Assembly (NCBI GenBank): GCA_035253825.1
Contig: DATFBM010000012.1
Coordinates: forward strand, 150,054 to 214,053
Direction: 5' to 3'
DNA from: Acidimicrobiia bacterium
GTDB lineage: Bacteria > Actinomycetota > Acidimicrobiia > Spongiisociales > ZC4RG35
Length of the DNA stretch: 64,000 bases
Made by a program: the position numbers and the translations under genes. Each line of letters starts with the position of its first letter. Positions within the stretch are counted from its first letter, which is position 1. A model generated the notes under the pieces. That model did not search any database. It had not been told where the DNA came from and saw only the letters and a list, made by a program, of their open reading frames with translations. Positions 19,444-29,357 of the stretch are shown one piece after another.

Positions 19444-22131
19444 ATGAAGCTTGTAATCGTCGAATCACCAGCCAAAGCCAGGACCATCGCCCGCTATCTG
19501 GGCGATGACGTGGCGGTAGAAGCATCGATGGGCCACATCCGCGATCTGGCTGCCAAAAAGGACTTGCCGGCCGAGCACCAAGACAAGTACTGGGCTCAGT
19601 TCGGTGTCGACACCGAATCCGGATTCGTCCCCTATTACGTGATCCACCCGGCCAAGAAGGCTCAGGTCAAAAAGCTTCGGGATGCTCTCAAGAAGGCCGA
19701 CGAGCTCTATCTCGCCACCGATGAGGACCGCGAGGGGGAGTCAATCGCCTGGCACTTGACGGAAGTGCTGAAGCCCAAGAACGCGCCCAGGCGAATGGTC
19801 TTCCACGAGATCACTGAGGGCGCGATCCGGGCCGCGTTCGAAAACCCGCGAGCCATCGATCAGCAGCTGGTGGACGCCCAAGAGGCCCGTCGAATTCTCG
19901 ACAAACTCTACGGATACGAAGTTTCCCCGGTCCTCTGGAGGCGGGTGAGAACCGGGCTCTCGGCCGGACGAGTCCAGAGCGTGGCTGTAAGAATGATTGT
20001 CGAGCGGGAACGAGAGCGAATGAGCTTCGTCTCGGGCAGTTATTGGGACCTGCTCGGGATCTTCGCCACCGATGCGGAGCAGATCCACTTCCCGGCGACT
20101 CTGGTCGCCATCGACGGGGTTCGAGTCGCTAACGGCTCCGACTTTGCATCCAACGGCCAGCTGCAGAGCGATGGGGTGGTCCTGGTCGACGAGGCGGTGG
20201 CCCGCTCCCTGGCAACCGAATTGGAGGGGGCAGATTTTGCAGTTCGCTCAGTGGAGTCAAAGCCCTACCGGCGCAGTCCATACCCCCCCTTTCGCACGTC
20301 CACCCTGCAACAGGAGGCACAGCGCAAGCTGCGCTTCTCGGCTTCCCGCACGATGCGGATCGCCCAGCGCCTTTACGAGGCGGGCTACATCACCTACATG
20401 CGCACCGATTCGACGGCGCTATCCGAGTCGGCGGTGGCCGCCGCCCGCTCCCAGATCGGATCATTGTTCGGGGCCGAATACCTGCCGGCCAAGCCCCGCA
20501 CATACACCAACAAGGTGAAGAACGCCCAGGAGGCGCACGAAGCCATCCGGCCAGCCGGCGATCGATTCCGGACTCCTGCCCAGGTGGAACGGGAGGTGAG
20601 CGAGGACGAAGCGCGGGTCTACGAGCTCATCTGGAAACGGACCGTGGCCTCACAGATGAAAGACGCCCTCGGAGAATCCATGGCGGTACGGCTCGGAGCA
20701 GTGAGCAGCGCCGGGAGGGATGGCGAATTCGCCGCCAGCGGGCGCACAATCACCTTCCCCGGATTCCTGCGAGCGTATGTCGAAGGATCAGATGATCCCG
20801 AAGCCGCCCTCGACGATCAGGAAACCCCGCTGCCTCGACTGGAAGAGGGCGAGCCCCTGACAGTCGTCGACCTCGAAGCTACTGGCCACAGCACCAAGCC
20901 TCCCGCTCGCTTCACCGAGGCGTCGTTGGTTCGTCAGTTAGAGGAAATGGGAGTGGGCCGGCCATCGACGTATGCCTCGATTCTCGAGACGATCCAGGAG
21001 CGTGGGTACATCTGGAAGCGGGGACAATCCCTTATCCCGACCTTCACCGCCTTGGCGGTGGTGACGTTGCTGGAACAGAACTTCGAAGACCTCGTCGATT
21101 ACGCCTTCACCGCCCGGATGGAGGACGACCTCGACCGAATCGCCGAGGGAGAGGAGGAAACCGCCCCTTGGCTTTCTCGCTTCTACCTCGGACCGGAGGG
21201 ATTGCGCCAGCAGGTGGTGGACCGTTTGGAGAGCATCGACGCCCGCGAAGTCAACTCGATACCTCTCGGGTCCGACGACCAAGGCCGGGAGATCGTTGTC
21301 CGGGTGGGTCGATATGGCCCTTACATCCAGCGGCTCGACGACCGGGCCTCGATCCCCGACAACCTTCCGCCGGACGAGCTCACCATTGAGAAGGCGATCG
21401 AGTTGCTCGAGGAGCAACCCTCCGGCGAGAAAATATTGGGAACAGATCCCGAGAGCGGTCTCACGGTCATCGTCAAGAGCGGTCGTTTTGGGCCCTATGT
21501 GCAGCTGGGCGAGGGAACGAGCAAGGACAAACCGAAGACGGCGTCGCTGTTTCAAAGCATGAGCCTCGACTCCATCTCGCTCGAGGAAGCCCTGCAACTT
21601 CTCACCCTCCCCCGCCTGGTGGGGATCGATCCTGAAACCGGTGAGGAGGTGATGGCTCTCAACGGCCGTTACGGACCCTTCCTTAGTCGGGGAGGGGAGA
21701 ATCGGTCCCTCCAAAACGAAGAGCAGCTGTTCACGGTGGACCTCCCCGAGGCGCTCGCGCTGTTCTCCCAGCCTCCGACCCGGCGACGGCGCGGTCCCCA
21801 AGGTGGCGCCTCCGGACGCGAAATCGGCGTGACTGCCGACGGCAAGACCATCTCGGTGCGGAGGGGTCGCTACGGCCCGTACGTCACCGATGGGGAGGTC
21901 AACGCCTCGCTGAGAGCGGGCGACGATGAGGAGAAGGTTGACCTGGCAAGGGCCGTTGAGCTCCTCGCTGCCCGCCGGGATCGTCTGGCCTCCGAGGATG
22001 GGTCCCCTTCCCGAAAGAGCGGAGAAAAGAAATCAGCCAAAAAAGCGGCGCCGACCAAGAAGCGCGGAGCCAAGAAAAGCACCAGCAAGGCGGTCAGGGC
22101 TTCCAAGAAGAAGACGGAGAAGAAGACCTGA
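19444..22131 (+). CDS. topA: DNA topoisomerase I (actinobacterial type with a Lys-rich C-terminal tail)
   Basis: 895 aa. Toprim KLVIVESPAKARTI and DEDREGE. Active-site GYITYMRTDS. C-terminal KKSAKKAAPTKKRGAKK tail. Confidence 0.95.
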   Translation: MKLVIVESPAKARTIARYLGDDVAVEASMGHIRDLAAKKDLPAEHQDKYWAQFGVDTESGFVPYYVIHPAKKAQVKKLRDALKKADELYLATDEDREGESIAWHLTEVLKPKNAPRRMVFHEITEGAIRAAFENPRAIDQQLVDAQEARRILDKLYGYEVSPVLWRRVRTGLSAGRVQSVAVRMIVERERERMSFVSGSYWDLLGIFATDAEQIHFPATLVAIDGVRVANGSDFASNGQLQSDGVVLVDEAVARSLATELEGADFAVRSVESKPYRRSPYPPFRTSTLQQEAQRKLRFSASRTMRIAQRLYEAGYITYMRTDSTALSESAVAAARSQIGSLFGAEYLPAKPRTYTNKVKNAQEAHEAIRPAGDRFRTPAQVEREVSEDEARVYELIWKRTVASQMKDALGESMAVRLGAVSSAGRDGEFAASGRTITFPGFLRAYVEGSDDPEAALDDQETPLPRLEEGEPLTVVDLEATGHSTKPPARFTEASLVRQLEEMGVGRPSTYASILETIQERGYIWKRGQSLIPTFTALAVVTLLEQNFEDLVDYAFTARMEDDLDRIAEGEEETAPWLSRFYLGPEGLRQQVVDRLESIDAREVNSIPLGSDDQGREIVVRVGRYGPYIQRLDDRASIPDNLPPDELTIEKAIELLEEQPSGEKILGTDPESGLTVIVKSGRFGPYVQLGEGTSKDKPKTASLFQSMSLDSISLEEALQLLTLPRLVGIDPETGEEVMALNGRYGPFLSRGGENRSLQNEEQLFTVDLPEALALFSQPPTRRRRGPQGGASGREIGVTADGKTISVRRGRYGPYVTDGEVNASLRAGDDEEKVDLARAVELLAARRDRLASEDGSPSRKSGEKKSAKKAAPTKKRGAKKSTSKAVRASKKKTEKKT

Positions 22132-22313
22132 TGTTCGGGCCCCTCAACGGCGTTCGCACCACACTGGTGGCGGGAGCGGTGGTGGCATCGATAGTGGCCC
22201 TGATCCTCGGCTACCCGATTGTGGCATTGGTCTTGGGGGTGGGGATCGCCGCCCACATCGGCCTCTGGATTTGGCTCTACCAAAAACGGCCTCAGGGTCC
22301 GCCCTCAAATTAG
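22131..22313 (+). CDS. small two-TM membrane protein, translationally coupled to topA
   Basis: 60 aa. Its ATG overlaps the topA TGA (ATGA junction). Two hydrophobic helices, VAGAVVASIVALILGYPIVALVLGV and IAAHIGLWIWLY. Confidence 0.4.
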   Translation: MFGPLNGVRTTLVAGAVVASIVALILGYPIVALVLGVGIAAHIGLWIWLYQKRPQGPPSN

Positions 22314-22985
22314 CCACCGCCCTTCTCTCCACGATTCGGCGAGCTGGCACGCTCGATCGAGATCGCCCGGATAGGTCACCTTGATGTTGCGCCGGTCGCC
22401 GGGCACCGCTGCGATCTGGAGGTCGCCGTGGCGCATGACTGTCTCCGCCGTATCAGGTGGCACCCCCGTGGACCGCCGAAAGGCTCGCAACAATTCTCCA
22501 CCCCTGAAGACCTGAGGAGTCTGAGCTCTGCGGACCCCATGTTGCAAAGGTGACAAGGCACCACTTTTGAGGCGGTAGAGAGGGCCCGCATTCAGAGTTG
22601 GGACCGCTCCCCCGTGGGCAGCAGCCGCCCTCACACATGCTTGCCAGAGATCGATGGTTAGAAACGGCCGCGCTCCGTCGTGGATGCCGATGAACGCGTC
22701 GCCCCCAACCTCTTCAAGGGCAGCTTCGATTCCCTGTCGTTCGCTGGCGTAGCGAGTCGGTCCTCCGTGGACCAACCGTGGTCGGTTCGGGAACTCGTCT
22801 GCCAAGGCGGATGCCAGTTGTTCATCCTGCGGGCGGGTCACGACCAAGATCCTCGTGGTTTCGTGGAAGAGGGCGGCCGCCCGCAATGGGTACCAGAGGA
22901 GGGGCCTACCGTTCACATCCGCATAGACCTTGTTGCTGTCGGAACTGCCGGCACGAGCACCGCTTCCACCGGCGAGAACAACCAA
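22305..22985 (-). CDS. IspD/TarI-family cytidylyltransferase
   Basis: 226 aa. N-terminal VVLAGGSGARAG...NKVYADVNGRPLLWYPL nucleotidyltransferase signature. No ispF follows it. Confidence 0.7.
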   Translation of the reverse strand: MVVLAGGSGARAGSSDSNKVYADVNGRPLLWYPLRAAALFHETTRILVVTRPQDEQLASALADEFPNRPRLVHGGPTRYASERQGIEAALEEVGGDAFIGIHDGARPFLTIDLWQACVRAAAAHGGAVPTLNAGPLYRLKSGALSPLQHGVRRAQTPQVFRGGELLRAFRRSTGVPPDTAETVMRHGDLQIAAVPGDRRNIKVTYPGDLDRACQLAESWREGRWLI

Positions 22986-22989
22986 AGCG

Positions 22990-23583
22990 TTAACCGGCCG
23001 CTCCTGGCTTCTCGGACAGGGTGGCGTATTCGGGAGAGGGCCAAAGACGACGTTGCGATCGAAGCGGAGTCAGACCCATTCCCCAAAGCAAGTTCTCCAC
23101 CCGGCCGGGATTGAGCTTGTGGACGTGGACTTGACGAGCCTTGAGGGGGGTGCCATGAAGGATCACTGCCGTTGGAACTGCAAACAAACCCCGCACCGGC
23201 TCGGCTGGATAGATCAGCAACACTTTGCCGCCGGGACGCACCACTCGCGCCATCTCTCCCATTGCCGCTTTGACATCAGGGATATGTTCAATGGCGTGGA
23301 ACGAGACGATGGCATCGAAGTATCCATCTTCGTAGTTGAGCGAGGTCGCCGACATGGTCTTGACCTGTGGCACCATCGCCACCTCTGCCGCGTTGGGGTT
23401 GAGATCGATGCCCTCAGCATCGACACCTACCGATCGCAAAGCATTGACCAGGTGCCCCCTACCGCATCCGACGTCGAGGATTCGATCACCGGGCTTTGGT
23501 TTGACCCAATCGCGGATGATCTCGAAGTTGCGCGGGTTCCAGCGATTGATCAGCGCATAGCGACGCGAGTCATAACGCGTCAT
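22990..23583 (-). CDS. class I SAM-dependent methyltransferase
   Basis: 197 aa. Motif I ILDVGCGRGHL and post-I/II regions (FDAIVSFHAIEHI). Confidence 0.8.
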   Translation of the reverse strand: MTRYDSRRYALINRWNPRNFEIIRDWVKPKPGDRILDVGCGRGHLVNALRSVGVDAEGIDLNPNAAEVAMVPQVKTMSATSLNYEDGYFDAIVSFHAIEHIPDVKAAMGEMARVVRPGGKVLLIYPAEPVRGLFAVPTAVILHGTPLKARQVHVHKLNPGRVENLLWGMGLTPLRSQRRLWPSPEYATLSEKPGAAG

Positions 23584-24416
23584 TGCAGCGAATCGTCCAG
23601 ATGGGGCGCCAGCCCGTAATCGATCACCGTTGGTGTATCCCCCATCACCAAATGGGTTACCGACGTGTTAGCGGGGGTCAGAATGTTGGCGGCACCCCGC
23701 CATCCGCTCCCGGTCAGAGAGGTGATGACTGCGCGGATTGCGGCTCCATGGGTGACAACTCCGGTGATCTTGCCTCCAGCCGGTTCGATCTCCTCGAGCG
23801 CCTTGCGCATACGCCGTTCGAGAAGGGCCCAGGTCTCTCCGGTTTCGCCTCGGGGGTGATCGCTTCCATCGACGAAGATCTGATCGAAGAGCGCTCCGGC
23901 TGCCCGGATCTCTTCGGTGGTGAGACCCTCCCACTTCCCGAAATTGAGCTCCACCAAGTCGGGGTGATGGCTCGGCTGGGAATGAAGTGCGGCCGCGGTG
24001 GCGGCGGCCCGCCGCGCCGGTGAGGTCCAGACCGATTCCAAGCCGCCGTACCAACCGAAGAGAGCGGCCGCTTGCTTCTCACCGATCTCATCCAGCACGT
24101 CATCCATGCTGCCCTGCCAGCGCCCGGCCAGGTTGGCAGCGGTGCGCCCGTGGCGAATCAAAGCGACCACCGGCAAGCCCCTAGCTAAGGCCACCGCCAG
24201 CGCCCGCGGGCGCCGACCAAGTCGCGTCGTGTCATTGAAGGTGACGAGTCGTTCCCGGCCGCGGAGCTTGACCAAACGGGTTAAGGAGCCCTCGTCGGCG
24301 TGAGCGGCCACCGGCGGGATCCGATCGCCGAAGAATGCAGACATGATCGCCGACAGGTCGTCGGCGGACACCGTCTTGCCGGTGATCAACTCTCGACCAG
24401 AGCCCATCGTCGTCAA
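23580..24416 (-). CDS. histidine phosphatase family protein with a ~85-aa N-terminal extension
   Basis: 278 aa. RHG motif VALIRHGRTAANLAGRWQG and distal VVTHGAAIRA. Confidence 0.8.
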   Translation of the reverse strand: MTTMGSGRELITGKTVSADDLSAIMSAFFGDRIPPVAAHADEGSLTRLVKLRGRERLVTFNDTTRLGRRPRALAVALARGLPVVALIRHGRTAANLAGRWQGSMDDVLDEIGEKQAAALFGWYGGLESVWTSPARRAAATAAALHSQPSHHPDLVELNFGKWEGLTTEEIRAAGALFDQIFVDGSDHPRGETGETWALLERRMRKALEEIEPAGGKITGVVTHGAAIRAVITSLTGSGWRGAANILTPANTSVTHLVMGDTPTVIDYGLAPHLDDSLQ

Positions 24417-25576
24417 GGGCCGAGAGATCCATCGACGAGATCCCCGAACATCTCACCCGCACCTGGGGTGAGGTAGACCACCGAGGCGGCGCCGGCAGTG
24501 CCGATCCGTCCCGGCGCCACCGCGTTGGCGACGGCGGAAAGGGGGGTGTCTATTGCGACCGCGGCCACGGCGAGGATCTCCCCGGCGGTGAGATCGGTGA
24601 CCAACCACGGCCAGCCTCGTTGCATCATGGACGGGAAGGCCAAAGGTCCAAGGTGCTCCACCGCGCTAAAGGCACCCTGCAACAGCATTCCGCCGTGCAA
24701 CGACCGTTGCAGGTCACCTCCGGAGAGGTTCTTCCGGGCGCGGGCAAAGGAGAGCGCCTGGGGACCGTTGAAATACTGAAACCCGGGACTGAAGTTGGCC
24801 CCTGAAGAGCGGTCAACGAGACCTGAGGCCAGCTCCAAGTTGGCTCCCCCGAGGACGTTTCCCCACAACTCCTGGAAGCCCTCGAATCCGGTGAGAAGGT
24901 AGCCGTCATAGTTGAGTCCGGTGACGTTGGCCAAGGTCTGGAGAAACAGCTCCGGCCCCCCGAGGGATAGTGAGCCGTTGATCTTCCCTCTTCCTCCGCC
25001 GGCGTAGTCGACCCAAGAGTCGCGTGGTACTCCGACGATCGCCCCTCGTCCCTCGCCATCGAGGGCGAAGATATGGATGCTGTCGGCCCGGGAGATCGTG
25101 GAATCCTCCCCGGGCCGGGCATCGGAGCCGATCACTGCCACCGTCTTGGGAAGCGGTCCGTAATAAGTGCCCTCCAACGATGGCACCCGGGCGGCGACGA
25201 TTTGGAACCCACTCCCCTGGTCGAAGCCGTAAATCACATCGGTTCCGAGCGCGGCCACCGCCACAGTGGTTCCCGCGATCATGGCGCTCGAGGCCGTGCC
25301 ATCGAGAGGACAATCCTCAGCCATCGCCCAGTCCTTCATATCGGGAGGGACAAGTGACCGATCGCCGTCACAGACTGGTCCGTAGACGTTGGCCACCGCC
25401 TGGCGCCACGAGGTCCCTCCCCCGCGGAGAGGTGTGGGCCGAGGGGCCGCCTCGGTGGTGGCGGTGGTAGCAGACGTGACGGTGATGGACGGTGAGAAAG
25501 ACGGGGGCGTCACCGTCTCTGTCACCGCCGGGCTACAGGCGAGGAAGAAAACGAGCGCGACGACAGACCATCTCAT
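24413..25576 (-). CDS. LytR-CpsA-Psr (LCP) family cell-wall glycopolymer transferase, lipoprotein-type signal
   Basis: 387 aa. Signal/lipobox VVALVFFLACSP. LCP core RADSIHIFALDG...IVGVPRDSWVDY...KINGSL. Confidence 0.8.
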   Translation of the reverse strand: MRWSVVALVFFLACSPAVTETVTPPSFSPSITVTSATTATTEAAPRPTPLRGGGTSWRQAVANVYGPVCDGDRSLVPPDMKDWAMAEDCPLDGTASSAMIAGTTVAVAALGTDVIYGFDQGSGFQIVAARVPSLEGTYYGPLPKTVAVIGSDARPGEDSTISRADSIHIFALDGEGRGAIVGVPRDSWVDYAGGGRGKINGSLSLGGPELFLQTLANVTGLNYDGYLLTGFEGFQELWGNVLGGANLELASGLVDRSSGANFSPGFQYFNGPQALSFARARKNLSGGDLQRSLHGGMLLQGAFSAVEHLGPLAFPSMMQRGWPWLVTDLTAGEILAVAAVAIDTPLSAVANAVAPGRIGTAGAASVVYLTPGAGEMFGDLVDGSLGP

Positions 25577-25625
25577 ACTTGCGTAAAAACTCCCCCGAAT
25601 AGGGGCGCGATTCTATGCAAGAAGC

Positions 25626-27353
25626 TCAGCGGCGAGACCTCGCGAAGTCGAGGAAGGCCGGGGAGTCGAGGGTGTTGAGGACATCGGCTCCGGCGGCCCA
25701 GCCCCTTTGGGCGTTCGCCACCCCGAACTCCATGCGACGGAGGTCGGAGGTGTGGTGGGAGTCGGTGGAGATCACGAGCTTCACGCCCGCCGCCACCGCC
25801 CGCCGAATGGTCTCAGCCGATGCATCCAAACGGTCTAAAGCGCCGTTGACTTCCAGAGCCACGCCCGAAACGGCGAGTCCCTCCAGCACCGAGTCGAGGT
25901 CGAGTTCGATTCCCGGCCGCCGGCCGATATAGCGACCGGTGAGATGTCCAATCACATTTACGGCTGGATCGGACATGGCTCGCAATAGTCGTGCGGTCTG
26001 CTCCTGGGCGGGGAGGTCGAACGAGGAATGAACCGAGGCCACGCACCAGTCGAAGAGCAATCGGAAATCAAGGTCGTAGTCAAGGCCACCAGTGGGACCG
26101 ATATTGAGTTCGCATCCGTAGAGCAAGGTCATATCCGGGTACTGCTCACCGAGACTGCGGATCCGGTCTCGGTGAGCAAGCATCTGCTCCCGGCTCGACC
26201 CGTTGATGGCGAGATCTTCACCGTGCTCGGTGATCGCCAGATAGTGATAACCACGAGCCGCGGCCGCGGCCACCATCTCCTCCAGGGTCGAGCGGCCGTC
26301 GCCGGACCGGTCGGAGTGGAAGTGGAGGTCCCCTTTGATCTCGTCGAAGTGGACGAGGGCGGGGAGGGTGCCCTTGGCGGCAGCCTGGATCTCGCCACTG
26401 TTCTCGCGGATCGGAGGAGGGAGGAGCGGGAGATCGAGGGACTTGTAGATCGCCTCTTCTGTCTCTGCGGCGATGACCGTATCGCCCTCGAAGAGCCCAT
26501 ATTCGTTGAGCAACCAACCTCGATCGATCGCTCTTTGGCGGAGTGAGATGTTGTGGGCCTTCGATCCGGTGAAGTAGAGAAGAGCCGCACCGAGCTGAGA
26601 AGGGGACACCGCCCGAACATCGATCTGCAGACCCGATCGAGTTATGACCGAGGTCTTCTTCTCCCCGCTTCCAACCACCGATTGGGCCAAGGAATGGCCC
26701 GCCACTGCATCCATAACCGGCTGGGCGTCGCCCGCGGCCACCACGATGTCGATATCTCCGATGGTCTCAGCCAGGCGACGCAGCGATCCTGCCGGGACCG
26801 CCGCCGTGACCCCATCGATCGCGGCCAGCTCCGTTGCCAATGAGGTGGCCATCGGCCACGCCTCGGCGATCGGAGTCCGTCGATCTTTGCCGTGAAGTCC
26901 CAACCGGTCGATCGCCCGGGCGATCTTCTCCTCCGAGGTTTTCCCCATCCCCGGCAAAGCCCGAAGTGCCTCCCGATCAAGGGCGGCTTTGAGGTCGTCG
27001 AGATTCCCGATGCCGAGCTCGCTTCGCAGCATCTTCAGCGTCTTCGGGCCCAGGCCGGGAATCTTCAGCAACTCGACGAACTCGGTCGGATAGGAGCTTC
27101 GCAACTCGTCAAGTTTTTTCACCGAGCCGGTCTCGATGAACTCGACGATGCGAGCGGCAATGGATGGCCCCACCCCCTTTATCCCTGCCATCGCCTTGGC
27201 ATCCAGCTCGGCCACATTGCCTGAGTAGCCCTCGATGCCGTGGATGGCGTTCTCATACGCTCGCACCTTGAAGGCCTGCGAGGTGCCTTCGTCGATCGTG
27301 ATCAAGCGCGCCATCTCGGCGAGCATCCCGAGTATGCGTCCATTGGAGATCAC
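25626..27353 (-). CDS. family X DNA polymerase with a C-terminal PHP domain (PolX)
   Basis: 575 aa. HhH motifs (IKGVGPSIAARI, IPGLGPKTLKML), nucleotidyltransferase GDIDIVV, and PHP motifs GDLHFHSDRSGDG and AITEHGE. Confidence 0.88.
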   Translation of the reverse strand: MISNGRILGMLAEMARLITIDEGTSQAFKVRAYENAIHGIEGYSGNVAELDAKAMAGIKGVGPSIAARIVEFIETGSVKKLDELRSSYPTEFVELLKIPGLGPKTLKMLRSELGIGNLDDLKAALDREALRALPGMGKTSEEKIARAIDRLGLHGKDRRTPIAEAWPMATSLATELAAIDGVTAAVPAGSLRRLAETIGDIDIVVAAGDAQPVMDAVAGHSLAQSVVGSGEKKTSVITRSGLQIDVRAVSPSQLGAALLYFTGSKAHNISLRQRAIDRGWLLNEYGLFEGDTVIAAETEEAIYKSLDLPLLPPPIRENSGEIQAAAKGTLPALVHFDEIKGDLHFHSDRSGDGRSTLEEMVAAAAARGYHYLAITEHGEDLAINGSSREQMLAHRDRIRSLGEQYPDMTLLYGCELNIGPTGGLDYDLDFRLLFDWCVASVHSSFDLPAQEQTARLLRAMSDPAVNVIGHLTGRYIGRRPGIELDLDSVLEGLAVSGVALEVNGALDRLDASAETIRRAVAAGVKLVISTDSHHTSDLRRMEFGVANAQRGWAAGADVLNTLDSPAFLDFARSRR

Positions 27354-27412
27354 CGTCGAGAAGTTAGACCCGGTTCCCTAGAAGGGCGCGATCGGTACGA
27401 TTCCGACACCGA

Positions 27413-29350
27413 ATGACTGGCCGCTCCACACCGCAAGCCGAAAAGAAGCCGCCAGGCTGGAAAGTCGAGGGCGTAAAGAAGCCTGAGCCTGCTCCGGAGG
27501 AGCAGCCCAACCTTCTCCGCCGCCCCCCCAACCGCCGTCTGCTGATCATCGCCCTGGTCCTCTTTGCGGTGAACTGGTATCTCACCTCGCTCTTCTTCGC
27601 TCGGGCCGAAATCGAGCTCTCCTACAGCCAGTTCCTCGACGCGGTCGAGGACGGCGATGTGGAGACTGTCTTCTCACAGGGCGACAGCATCGAAGGGCTT
27701 TTTCGGGAAGCGCAGGCCAACCCCGAGAACCCAGAGGAAATGGCCGAAGCCTTTTCGACCGTGCGACCGAGCTGGGCGGACGATTCGCTCGTGGAGACGC
27801 TTCGGGAGAACGGCGTCGAGATCTCGGCGGTCGATCCCGAGCAGCGCCCCATCTGGCAGCAATTGCTTTTCGGGTTCGGGCCCACACTCCTCTTGCTCTG
27901 GCTTTTCGTTTCGATGTGGAGGCGGGCCGGGTCGGCGCTCGGCGGCATCGGCGGGCTCGGTCGCAGCCGGGCCAAGCGCTTCGAAGCTTCAACGCAACGA
28001 ACTACTTTTGATGACGTCGCTGGCATCGACGATGCCAAGGCGGAACTTTTGGAGATCGTCGACTTCCTCAAGAATCCGGGTAAGTACACCCGGTTGGGAG
28101 GCGCCATCCCCAAAGGGGTGCTGCTCTCGGGGCCTCCAGGGACCGGCAAGACTCTTCTCGCCCGGGCCGTGGCCGGAGAGGCCGACGTACCCTTTTTCTC
28201 TATATCGGCCTCCGAGTTCATCGAGATGGTGGTCGGTGTTGGGGCGAGTCGGGTCCGGGACCTATTTGATGAGGCCAAAAAGGTCGCCCCCGCCATCATC
28301 TTCATCGACGAGCTCGACGCCATCGGCCGCACCCGCGGCGGAAGCGTCTCTCTCGGCGGCCACGACGAACGCGAGCAGACGCTCAACCAGATCCTCACCG
28401 AGATGGATGGCTTCACCGGATCCGAAGGGGTGATCGTGATCGCCGCCACCAACCGGCCCGAGGTTCTCGACGTCGCCCTGCTCCGGCCGGGTCGATTCGA
28501 CCGACATGTGGCTGTGAGCCCGCCCGACCAACGCGGGCGGCTCATGATTCTCGAGGTCCACACCCGCAACGTCCCGTTGGCCGAGGATGTCGACCTGGCA
28601 TCCATCGCTTCTTCGACCCCGGGCATGGTGGGAGCCGACCTCCGCAACCTGGTCAACGAAGCCGCCTTGATGGCCGCTCGACGGAATCACGAGAAGGTGA
28701 CGATGCCCGACTTCGCCGACGCTCTCGAGAAGATCGTTCTCGGGACCGAGCGTCAAATAATGATGAGCGAGGCTGAGAAAGAGCGAACCGCTTTCCACGA
28801 AGCCGGCCATGCGCTGTTGGGCATGCTTCTTCCGGGCGCCGATCCCGTGCGCAAGATCTCCATCATCCCCCGCGGCCGTGCTCTCGGGGTGACCTTTCAG
28901 TCCCCCGACGCCGACCGCTACGCGTATGACCGCAACTATCTCGAAGGTCGGATCGTCGGAGCCTTGGGAGGACGTGCCGCCGAGGATGTCGTCTTTGGAA
29001 CGATCACGACCGGAGCTGAGAACGACCTCGTGCAAGTTACCCGCATCGCCCGTTCGATGGTTGGCAAGTGGGGGATGTCCGAAGCCATCGGACCGATCAC
29101 GCTGATCGACGAGAACCGCGAGCCGTACTTCGCCTCGGAAGTAGGTGAGCGAACTCAAGAGCTCATGGACGAGGAGGTGCGACGCATCGTCGATGACTGC
29201 TACCAGCGAGCCGTGACCGTACTCAAGGAGCACCGTTCGCAACTTGACGCCATTGCCGGGGCCCTGTTGGAGAAGGAAACCCTCGACGAAGCCGAGGCCT
29301 ACGAGGTTGCCGGGATCAAGCGTTCCGAGGCAGTAACGGCATCAGGTTAA
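27413..29350 (+). CDS. ATP-dependent zinc metalloprotease FtsH (copy 2)
   Basis: 645 aa. Two TM segments, [21 protein letters not shown] region, HEAGHALLG zinc site. Confidence 0.92.
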   Translation: MTGRSTPQAEKKPPGWKVEGVKKPEPAPEEQPNLLRRPPNRRLLIIALVLFAVNWYLTSLFFARAEIELSYSQFLDAVEDGDVETVFSQGDSIEGLFREAQANPENPEEMAEAFSTVRPSWADDSLVETLRENGVEISAVDPEQRPIWQQLLFGFGPTLLLLWLFVSMWRRAGSALGGIGGLGRSRAKRFEASTQRTTFDDVAGIDDAKAELLEIVDFLKNPGKYTRLGGAIPKGVLLSGPPGTGKTLLARAVAGEADVPFFSISASEFIEMVVGVGASRVRDLFDEAKKVAPAIIFIDELDAIGRTRGGSVSLGGHDEREQTLNQILTEMDGFTGSEGVIVIAATNRPEVLDVALLRPGRFDRHVAVSPPDQRGRLMILEVHTRNVPLAEDVDLASIASSTPGMVGADLRNLVNEAALMAARRNHEKVTMPDFADALEKIVLGTERQIMMSEAEKERTAFHEAGHALLGMLLPGADPVRKISIIPRGRALGVTFQSPDADRYAYDRNYLEGRIVGALGGRAAEDVVFGTITTGAENDLVQVTRIARSMVGKWGMSEAIGPITLIDENREPYFASEVGERTQELMDEEVRRIVDDCYQRAVTVLKEHRSQLDAIAGALLEKETLDEAEAYEVAGIKRSEAVTASG

Positions 29351-29357
29351 ACCTGCG

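Noticed and set aside
27622-29242. Long minus-strand ORFs 27622..28656 and 28262..29242
   Set aside because: Both are antisense to ftsH copy 2. Their compositions are typical of GC3-driven shadow frames.
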